A stretch of DNA of 32,000 bases from Nostoc punctiforme PCC 73102. Its GTDB lineage: Bacteria > Cyanobacteriota > Cyanobacteriia > Cyanobacteriales > Nostocaceae. The DNA lies in NCBI RefSeq assembly GCF_000020025.1, contig NC_010628.1, positions 7,470,001 through 7,502,000 on the forward strand. Direction: 5' to 3'. Below are positions 25,228-32,000 of this stretch, in pieces. Every line of letters starts with the position of its first letter. Within the stretch, counting starts at the first letter, position 1. The notes under the pieces were generated by a model. It was not told the origin of the DNA, made no database searches, and worked only from the letters and a program-made list of their open reading frames with translations. A program made the position numbers and the translations under genes.

Positions 25228-26709
25228 ATGTTTACTTTATCAGAAACTTCTATCCTGGCGGCAATCCTACTGGTAGCTTTAGGCATTTTGGGCTGGGGCT
25301 TTTATCGCGCCAGACCTTTTGGTAAACTGGGAATCTTAGCCTGGTTACAGTCGGTGGTGTTGATGACTCCCTGGCTGCTGTTTTTTGGGTTGTTTGCCGC
25401 AGGGATTTACATCAATATAGCGGGTATATTGTTCTTAGTGGTGACTTCCGCCGGATTGTACGTCTACTTGGGCAAACAGTTACGCGCAGCTGGGCAAGAT
25501 GCCATCCTCAAACAACGCGCAACAGAAAGACTCGCGGCTAATTCCTTACTTGAAGCCAATTCCCCGAAACCAACAGTAGCAGAACTGAAACCGGAGATTC
25601 CGCCGATACCAGAAGAGGACTTGAATGCAATTAAAGGTATCTTTGGTATCGATACGTTTTTTGCCACAGAAACCATTGCCTATCAAGATGGAGTTATTTT
25701 CAAAGGTAATTTGCGGGGAGAACCAGAAGAAGTTCACAACCGTCTAACTGCAAGTTTGCAGCAACGCCTTGGCGAGCAATATCGCCTATTTTTAGTGGAA
25801 AACACGGATGGGAAACCAGTGGTAATTGTCCTGCCGAGCCGCAACGATCCCCGGCCGATGTTGTTATCCCAAAAAGCTTTTGCAGGTGTTTTGTTAATAG
25901 CAACCATTGCCACAAATCTAGAAGCTGCGGGATTACTGCTGAATTTTGATTTATTTGCCAATCCAGAGCGATTTCAAGAAGCTTTGCCCATAGGTACTGG
26001 GATATTTGCGATTTTAGTAGCTCACGAAATTGGTCATTGGTTACTTGCTAAACGCCACCAAATCCGTCTTAGCTGGCCTTTCTTTCTACCCGCAGTGCAA
26101 ATTGGTTCCTTTGGGGCAATTACCCGCTTTGAATCTCTATTACCCAACCGCAAGGTATTATTTGATATCGCCTTGGCAGGACCAGCCGCAGGTGGTATCG
26201 TTTCTTTATTAATGCTGGTGACAGGCTTACTACTTTCTCACCCAGGTAGTTTATTTCAATTACCCAATCAGTTTTTCCAAGGGTCGATTTTGGTGGGAAG
26301 TTTGGCGCGAGTTGTCCTTGGTTCGGCGTTGCAGTCATCCCTGGTAAGTGTTCATCCCCTAGTGATAATTGGTTGGTTGGGGTTAATTATCACCGCTTTG
26401 AACTTGATGCCCGCAGGGCAACTAGATGGTGGGCGCATTGTTCAGGCGATTTATGGACGCAAAACCGCAGGACGCGCAACGATCGCAACCTTAATTTTAC
26501 TGGCGTTAGTGTCTCTTGGTAATATGATTGCCATGTACTGGGCGATCGTGATTTTCTTCTTGCAACGAGATCAAGAACGCCCCAGCTTGAATGAAATCAC
26601 TGAACCCGATGATGCTAGAGCCGCTTTGGGGCTTTTGGCTCTATTCTTAATGATTACTACACTCTTACCTCTAACTCCCGGTTTGGCTGGACGTTTGGGA
26701 ATAGGATAA
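25228..26709 (+). CDS. M50-family site-2 metalloprotease (EGY-like, polytopic membrane protein)
   Basis: HEIGHWLLAKRH (HExxH) and NLMPAGQLDGGRI (NxxPxxxLDG) lie within multiple hydrophobic segments. The ATG at 25228 (MFTLSETSILAAILLV) is favoured over the listed ATG at 25114, but this is uncertain. Confidence 0.85.
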   Translation: MFTLSETSILAAILLVALGILGWGFYRARPFGKLGILAWLQSVVLMTPWLLFFGLFAAGIYINIAGILFLVVTSAGLYVYLGKQLRAAGQDAILKQRATERLAANSLLEANSPKPTVAELKPEIPPIPEEDLNAIKGIFGIDTFFATETIAYQDGVIFKGNLRGEPEEVHNRLTASLQQRLGEQYRLFLVENTDGKPVVIVLPSRNDPRPMLLSQKAFAGVLLIATIATNLEAAGLLLNFDLFANPERFQEALPIGTGIFAILVAHEIGHWLLAKRHQIRLSWPFFLPAVQIGSFGAITRFESLLPNRKVLFDIALAGPAAGGIVSLLMLVTGLLLSHPGSLFQLPNQFFQGSILVGSLARVVLGSALQSSLVSVHPLVIIGWLGLIITALNLMPAGQLDGGRIVQAIYGRKTAGRATIATLILLALVSLGNMIAMYWAIVIFFLQRDQERPSLNEITEPDDARAALGLLALFLMITTLLPLTPGLAGRLGIG

Positions 26710-26728
26710 TGCTGAGTTAGCAATATAG

Positions 26729-26759
26729 ACATCTTGCAAAAGTAACTTTTGCAAGATGT
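26729..26759 (+). terminator. strong hairpin after the protease gene (possible terminator, no U-tract)
   Basis: 14-bp perfect stem acatcttgcaaaag / cttttgcaagatgt with a 3-nt loop, 20 nt after the stop. It is followed by tgggc rather than a T-run. Confidence 0.45.
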
Positions 26760-26940
26760 TGGGCAAAGGTTAAAGAGGAAGGTAAAATTCCATACCTTTA
26801 CCGTTTAACCCTTCCACCTTTTCCCCACTTCTGCAAGAAGTCTAATGAGTTGTAGTTGGAGATTTTGCGATCGCCTTGCAGAACTTATTGAAAAACCTGC
26901 TAGTCTTTTTAAAAGATTAGCAGGCATGGCTTATCATCAA

Positions 26941-26987
26941 TCGGAGCGGCGGGATTCGAACCCACGACCTCCACTACCCCAAAGTGG
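26941..26987 (-). tRNA. 3' fragment (anticodon arm to discriminator) of tRNA-Pro(GGG); putative att core, not a complete tRNA gene
   Basis: The minus strand reads CCACT-TTGGGGT-AGTGG (anticodon arm, anticodon GGG, G37), AGGTC (variable), GTGGG-TTCGAAT-CCCGC (T arm), CGCTCCG-A (acceptor 3' strand + discriminator). The expected 5' acceptor CGGAGCG and D-arm are absent; the upstream sequence is ...attagggcttatacg. Confidence 0.85.
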
Positions 26988-27025
26988 CGTATAAGCCCTA
27001 ATACATCAATGGTTTGAACAATTGC

Positions 27026-28255
27026 ATGGCTGAGTTATGCAAGAACTATGCAACTCAGTCTATGTACGAAGCTGGTAAATCATCCTCTAGAGTACCCAAG
27101 ATTAAGCCACGCAACAATAATGGTGGAATTATAATCCGGTTTCAATACCAAGGTAAGCAATATACATTATCTCCTGGTGGTAGACACGACGATAAATTAG
27201 CCATTGCTAATGCTGAAAGAGTAGCAAGCCAAATCAAAACTGACATTTTAGCTGGCTATTTCGATTACACGCTAGAAAAGTACCAGCCAAGAGTTAAACA
27301 AGCTGACAATGTTGTTTCAATCAATCAGCAAATAGTATTCAATTTAAAAGACCTGTGGGAACAGTACAAAGTAGCTAAACAGGCAAGATTAGCTGAAACT
27401 ACTAAAAAGTCAATTTGGCGTGATGTCGATAGAATGCTAGGGAAGCTAATGGCAAATGATTTACTACCTGAGAATGCTTGTTTATTAGTAGGAAGATTAC
27501 TTGGCTTTTATAGTGCTAGTACACTTGAGAGGTTGTTAATTGAGATAGAAGCTTGTAGTAATTGGGCATTTGAAAATCACTTAACCCATACTCACATTTG
27601 GCGTAGATTAAGAAAGCAGTTACCAGAAAGACCTAAAAGTGAGAGAAGCAAAAAAGCATATTCTAGAAAAGAAGTTGATTATATAATCCAAGCTTTTGGA
27701 GGTGATTGGTACTGTAATTTAAATTCGGCATTTAAAGATAGCTACTATGCTGATTTCATAGAATTTCTATACCTCACAGGCTGTAGACCAGAAGACGCAA
27801 TAGCTTTAACTTGGGATTGCGTGAAAGATAATGTTATTGTCTTTGATAAAGCTTACTCTAAAGGCATTCTCAAGTCTACAAAAAATAACAAAGCAAGGCT
27901 GTTTCCGATTACTCCACAGATTAGACAATTGCTTGACAGAAGGGCAATTTATGTATCTACTCTGCTGAATAAGTTAGTGTTCCCCAGTCAAAAAGGTAAT
28001 CGTATAAACCTAAAGGATTTTACCCAAAGGTACACCAAGCGAATTATTGAAAACTTGGTAAGTGAAGGTAAAGTCAAACAATACTTACCTACTTACAACC
28101 TGAGAAATACAAGCATCACTCATTACCTAAGACAAGGTGTAGACATAGCTACAGTAGCAGCATTGATGGAAACATCAGAAGAGATGATTAACCAGCATTA
28201 CTGGAGTCCAGATGAGGATATCATCAACAACAATGTTCAATTACCAGAAATTTAA
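27026..28255 (+). CDS. int: tyrosine-type site-specific integrase with an N-terminal arm-type DNA-binding domain
   Basis: N-terminus KIKPRNNNGGIIIRFQYQGKQYTLSPGG...ILAGYFDYTLEKY (arm-binding/DUF3596-like). Catalytic-domain landmarks are TGCRPEDAIALTW (Arg), LRNTSITHYLRQG (His/Arg) and MINQHYW (Tyr). The start could be TTG 27014, ATG 27026 or ATG 27062. Confidence 0.9.
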   Translation: MAELCKNYATQSMYEAGKSSSRVPKIKPRNNNGGIIIRFQYQGKQYTLSPGGRHDDKLAIANAERVASQIKTDILAGYFDYTLEKYQPRVKQADNVVSINQQIVFNLKDLWEQYKVAKQARLAETTKKSIWRDVDRMLGKLMANDLLPENACLLVGRLLGFYSASTLERLLIEIEACSNWAFENHLTHTHIWRRLRKQLPERPKSERSKKAYSRKEVDYIIQAFGGDWYCNLNSAFKDSYYADFIEFLYLTGCRPEDAIALTWDCVKDNVIVFDKAYSKGILKSTKNNKARLFPITPQIRQLLDRRAIYVSTLLNKLVFPSQKGNRINLKDFTQRYTKRIIENLVSEGKVKQYLPTYNLRNTSITHYLRQGVDIATVAALMETSEEMINQHYWSPDEDIINNNVQLPEI

Positions 28256-28296
28256 AGCTTTAGTTATCGTTTCTATTAAAAATTAATTCAATACTC

Positions 28297-28330
28297 AAAA
28301 TCAGGTAATCATCAATTCCCTGATTTTTTT
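28297..28330 (+). terminator. rho-independent terminator after int
   Basis: aaaatcagg (28297-28305) pairs with cctgatttt (28319-28327), and the T-run extends to 28330. Confidence 0.72.
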
Positions 28331-28683
28331 ATATATCTGGTTATCACTACTCATTAAATTGGTATGAAATTATTTCAACTTGTGAGTGTTTAACTAAACC
28401 TTATAAATCAAATCGCCAAAACTTAAAACCTGATTACTTTAGCCACTTTTACGTTAGAAACTATATTTTTTACCTGCAAAGTATTAAAGTTCACTTATAT
28501 CAATTTTGATACAGGTGAAATTTTATTTAAATCAAGATTTCCTCATCATCTCGGATAATGATTACTTCTCTAGGTATAGAATCATCTTCTATTCCTAACC
28601 TAGCTAATCTTTCTAGATGGAGTAAATACCATAAATAGAAGGGTTAATTAAAATGTTGACTTTACAAGGGTTTGACTTTTTAT

Positions 28684-29123
28684 GTGCAGGTGTGGTGGGT
28701 AGTGTGCAGGTATACCTGCTTGACTGTAACGTATGCTGCATAAGGATTCTGGCTTTAGTGCAGGTGTGCAGGTGTGTGCAGGTATAACCTACTCAGCTAG
28801 AATACTTGCTGTGTATACGTTCTAGGCTTTTGTGCAGGTGTGCAGGTGTATTTCACCAAACTTTATATATTTGATGTTGTGTTATGCCCTAGCCAAATAA
28901 TTGGTAACTTATTAAGTTTCTTATGTACTTTTATAAAATATACCTTCACACCTGCACACACTACTGTAAAAAACCTTGAAACTACCGTTATATATACATT
29001 TCAGCTTGTGCAGGTGTCTGTGCAGGTGTATGATATAGTAATATAGTGAAAACCTTGAAACTACCGTTATATATACATTTCAGCTTGTGCAGGTGTCTAC
29101 CACTTTTTTAGTAATACCTGCAC
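28684..29123. promoter_or_regulatory. putative iteron-type replication origin
   Basis: GTGCAGGT direct copies at 28684, 28704, 28758, 28766, 28776, 28832, 28840, 29008, 29020 and 29087. Inverted copies (ACCTGCAC) are at 28950 and 29116. A palindrome GCAGGTATACCTGC lies at 28706-28719. An AT-rich ORF-free spacer at about 28851-28949 separates the two clusters. The region ends 9 nt from the primase-helicase stop. Confidence 0.62.
28970..29098. repeat. two perfect 50-bp direct repeats, 79 bp apart, inside the iteron region
   Basis: aaaaccttgaaactaccgttatatatacatttcagcttgtgcaggtgtct occurs at 28970-29019 and again at 29049-29098. Confidence 0.93.
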
Positions 29124-29131
29124 AGTTGTTA

Positions 29132-31417
29132 TTACCCTTCCAGAAAAGTAACTTTCATGTCAGTAGGAGTTAGTGTTTTAGGAGGCTTCTTACCTGTAAT
29201 AGTTTCTATATTGTTATGGAACCATAACATTTGTTGTGTACCACCTACTCTCACTCTTTTGTTATAAAACTTCAGTTTTTTCAGAGCAGATGTTATTTTA
29301 AGTTTTGATTTTTCAACATCTACTTTATCCCCAAATATTGCTGTAATTGCATCTATTAGATGAAAGCCTTCAGTTGCTAAAGTATCATTCCATTGTGTAC
29401 CACCTTGACCTACACGAAGATTATTTATCCATAGCACTAATTGACTTTCTGGTAAACTCTCTTCAGTATAGTTTTCATTGTGATACTTTTGTGCTAACTC
29501 CTCTGTTTTATTTAGCCACCATTTTTCTTTATTGCGATAAGCTGCTATAGCCTCAGCCCATATAAAATCTCTATTCTTTGCAACCCAATCTCTATCTAGT
29601 TCTTTGGTGATTTCACATACCCAATATCTTCTATTACCTGTAGTATCCTTCAGGATATCTTTATGGTTTGTAGTGCCGAACAGAACAAATCTTCTGAGTA
29701 TGTTTATTGATGACTGTGTGTAATACTTTCTCATTACATCTTTAGGTTTGGTAATAAAAGTTTTAATTTCCGCTTGACTTTTCTTACTAGAAAATCTTTC
29801 CCATTCGCCTATCTCACCGCACCATACACTTTTACAAGCAGCTACTATGTCATTGTCTCCAGTTTCATTGGGTAACGTAGCATAATAATCCTTGCCGTAT
29901 AAATCCTCAAAAAATTTGCTTTTACCTAATCCTTGTTCTCCATAGAATAAAATTACGTTGTCAAGATAACATCCTGGGTCGTATGCTCTAGCTACTGATG
30001 CTATTAAAAACCTTAGTACGTAAACACGTTCGATTGGTTCTCTTAATCCTAAAATCTCACAGAACTGTTCAATATATCCTGTGACTTTCATGCCGTACTG
30101 TTCTATTATTGAGTCACAGTAAGAAGTAACAGCATTGTAATGATAGTTAGTGTTGTTGACTACTATGAAATCTAATACATCCCTCAAGTCTTCAGTGCGT
30201 ATATCAATACCGTTTTCTATACCTAGTGGTATTCTTAATGTATTAGGTGTAACATTTTCACTGTTATATATAAAAGTTTCTTTATACACATCCCATTGTA
30301 AATTACCTAAGTCAGCTTCTTTAGTAACGATATCTACTAATGCTTCCATTTTCCCACCTTCATTTTTTACGCTAGATTTGTAAGTACTTTTATCTTTGCC
30401 AGCTTTTATACTTTTTTTGATTGTGGTACTTATTTCCTTTTCAGGTAGTCCGGTTTCACTAGCAGCATCGAATAGGCTTTCAAAAGCATCATCTTCATCT
30501 ATTACGCCTTCCCTTATTGCTCCACCAGCAATAAAACTGGCTTCATTTAATGTGTTGTTGCGACTACCTTCTGTTGCTTTACTTACTTTGTCTATCTGTT
30601 TTTGCAATATTGAAGGTATAGTTTTTTCAGATTCTTGAGCATAAACTTTGGCAGGTATCAAGTCTATTACTTCATTCTGATTTCTGTACCTAACACTAGG
30701 ATTACAATACGCAAGCTTAACTAGTTGTGGTTCTCCTTTCCTATGAAAAAATCCAGGTAGACGCATTACACGAGGTAAATCATGTACCTTCTTATCTGAT
30801 TCGTAGTGGCTAATAATTGACTGTTGGCTAGATTTGAACTGGTTTAGTTTTTCGTTATCTTCCAATAACCAGTAAATATGTCCTTTTTGTATCCCGTTGA
30901 CATTGCTAGTATTTACTATGACTGAAGGTTCTAAGTGACAGTGTTCAGGTAATCCATTCTTGTCACAATCAGCGTATAATGCACGAACATAGGTAATATC
31001 TTCAGTTTTTCGTGTATTGCCTGCTGTCTGATTGATAGTAACAAATATGCCAGCATCTTTATTATTTAATTTAACTAGTTCATTTTTACACTCATCAAAA
31101 GCACCATAGAGTTGTCTAGTTAGACTTTCGTCTTTACGTTTCTCATTATCATCAAAAGTTTGGAATAAAAATTTATATTCCTCAAAGTCTGTGAATAAAT
31201 CATTCCCACATAATGCACTTAAAAACTTTTCAGTATCTTCAAAGTTAAATGATGAGTCAGTACCTATATTTTCTTGATAAAATTCTGTAAATTCGTTATA
31301 ATTAGTAACAGTTGAATTGTTCATTGTTTTCATTGTATTGTCATTTTTTGAGTAGTTCATTTGTTTGAGTTCGCCTGTGTAAGTAAAGGGGTCATTTTCT
31401 CTAGGAAATAGTTTCAT
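29132..31417 (-). CDS. replicase: AEP-type primase-polymerase-like N-domain + PriCT-1-like linker + VirE/D5-like P-loop NTPase
   Basis: N-domain: AGIFVTINQTAGNTRKTEDITYVRALYADCD...HIYWLL...RLPGFFHRKG. Middle: EGSRNNTLNEASFIAGGAIREG (PriCT-like G-x-RN-x-L). C-domain: Walker A FYGEQGLGKSKF and Walker-B-like VLFGTTN. RBS ggagaaaaaacaaa lies before the ATG. Confidence 0.88.
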   Translation of the reverse strand: MKLFPRENDPFTYTGELKQMNYSKNDNTMKTMNNSTVTNYNEFTEFYQENIGTDSSFNFEDTEKFLSALCGNDLFTDFEEYKFLFQTFDDNEKRKDESLTRQLYGAFDECKNELVKLNNKDAGIFVTINQTAGNTRKTEDITYVRALYADCDKNGLPEHCHLEPSVIVNTSNVNGIQKGHIYWLLEDNEKLNQFKSSQQSIISHYESDKKVHDLPRVMRLPGFFHRKGEPQLVKLAYCNPSVRYRNQNEVIDLIPAKVYAQESEKTIPSILQKQIDKVSKATEGSRNNTLNEASFIAGGAIREGVIDEDDAFESLFDAASETGLPEKEISTTIKKSIKAGKDKSTYKSSVKNEGGKMEALVDIVTKEADLGNLQWDVYKETFIYNSENVTPNTLRIPLGIENGIDIRTEDLRDVLDFIVVNNTNYHYNAVTSYCDSIIEQYGMKVTGYIEQFCEILGLREPIERVYVLRFLIASVARAYDPGCYLDNVILFYGEQGLGKSKFFEDLYGKDYYATLPNETGDNDIVAACKSVWCGEIGEWERFSSKKSQAEIKTFITKPKDVMRKYYTQSSINILRRFVLFGTTNHKDILKDTTGNRRYWVCEITKELDRDWVAKNRDFIWAEAIAAYRNKEKWWLNKTEELAQKYHNENYTEESLPESQLVLWINNLRVGQGGTQWNDTLATEGFHLIDAITAIFGDKVDVEKSKLKITSALKKLKFYNKRVRVGGTQQMLWFHNNIETITGKKPPKTLTPTDMKVTFLEG

Positions 31418-31728
31418 TTTGTTTTTTCTCCGTTATTAGTAGTCGATTATTGCCTTTAGTTGTGGTTAGCTGAAGGCTATTTCAATTCGTATAAAATCTG
31501 GTGTAAGGAATGTCATTCGCTCGATTAGAAAACCGTTCGTGCTTGTTCTGAGACGCTGTAATAATATTAAGCACAGCGTTCTTTTTATGAAACCTTGTCC
31601 AGTCTTCTAGCACTTGGTTTAGCTTATGTAATATTCCGGGACAATTCGTTTAGTTTTAGTTATCATAAGTCTTTATAGTGTATTTATTCTGATAGGGGAT
31701 AATCAGTACTTTATCCCCAGTAATTACA

Positions 31729-31926
31729 TTAGCTAGTTACCCTACTAGCAGCTAATCTGTCTCTTAGGTCGTTACGCTGTTCATCGGTTAAATTTTTACG
31801 TTTCCTTTTCAAGTCAGTAGCCTTCCTAAACTCTGAAATAGGTACATTACTGAGTGTCAAATTTCTTTCACCCTCAAATAATTTCAGTTGAGTATATTCA
31901 GGGAATTGCTTTAACCAACTATCCAC
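31729..31926 (-). CDS. small basic hypothetical protein (65 aa) upstream of the replicase
   Basis: GTG start. The C-terminal half is Lys/Arg-rich (KRKRKNLTDEQRNDLRDRLAASR). It is followed by the hairpin ggggataa-tcagtact-ttatcccc at 31694-31717. No HTH recognised, so the coding status is uncertain. Confidence 0.4.
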   Translation of the reverse strand: MDSWLKQFPEYTQLKLFEGERNLTLSNVPISEFRKATDLKRKRKNLTDEQRNDLRDRLAASRVTS

Positions 31927-32000
31927 TGTCCATCGATGATTCGACCAACCAGAGACTAAATTTAGGTCATAATCCCAGGTAACATAAGTTTATGTGGGGT

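Larger units (their letters stand above)
26941..32000. mobile_element. integrative, probably self-replicating element at a tRNA-Pro site (left end in window; right end beyond 32000)
   Basis: A tRNA 3' fragment sits at the junction, followed by a tyrosine integrase, an iteron region, a primase-helicase and a small basic ORF. There is an abrupt shift to AT-rich sequence, and I found no GCGATCGC anywhere in 27000-32000, although it recurs every 1-2 kb to the left. Confidence 0.75.

Noticed and set aside
28840-29046. 68-aa ORF in the int-replicase gap
   Set aside because: It runs through the AT-rich spacer and the iterons, has no RBS, and is hydrophobic/low-complexity. It is most likely a by-product of the repeat region.

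Overview
The window looks like chromosome from a filamentous, Nostocales-type cyanobacterium. GCGATCGC (HIP1) palindromes are frequent and the intergenic gaps are full of small palindromic or heptamer/octamer repeats. Positions 1-26.9 kb hold mostly ordinary genes: a 1403-aa SNF2 helicase with a partial upstream partner ORF, a tandem histidine phosphatase, and a dihydroorotase-like gene carrying an in-frame repeat insertion. They also hold an acetolactate decarboxylase + VOC pair, an MDR reductase, a frameshifted pyrophosphatase-like pseudogene, and an SDR / TauD / flavin-monooxygenase cluster. Further genes are RMD1/DUF155, a carboxylesterase, CoaBC, a divergent exported lactonase / PQQ-sugar-dehydrogenase pair, DUF370 + an SPL-type radical-SAM enzyme, and an M50 site-2 protease. 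The most interesting part is 26.94-32.0 kb. A 47-nt 3' fragment of tRNA-Pro(GGG) marks the left edge of a visibly AT-rich segment in which I could find no HIP1 site. This segment carries a tyrosine integrase, an ORF-free region with 12 copies of GTGCAGGT around an AT-rich spacer (putative iteron origin), and a convergent 761-aa primase-polymerase/PriCT/VirE-like NTPase. It runs off the right edge of the window. I read it as an integrative replicative element (satellite-like or integrative-plasmid-like). Secondary oddities include a strictly 21-bp-phased six-unit repeat array after the radical-SAM gene, a lactonase with a fused aldose-1-epimerase fragment, and a hydrolase whose conserved N-terminus precedes any canonical start codon. 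All domain calls come from motifs read by eye, with no database search.
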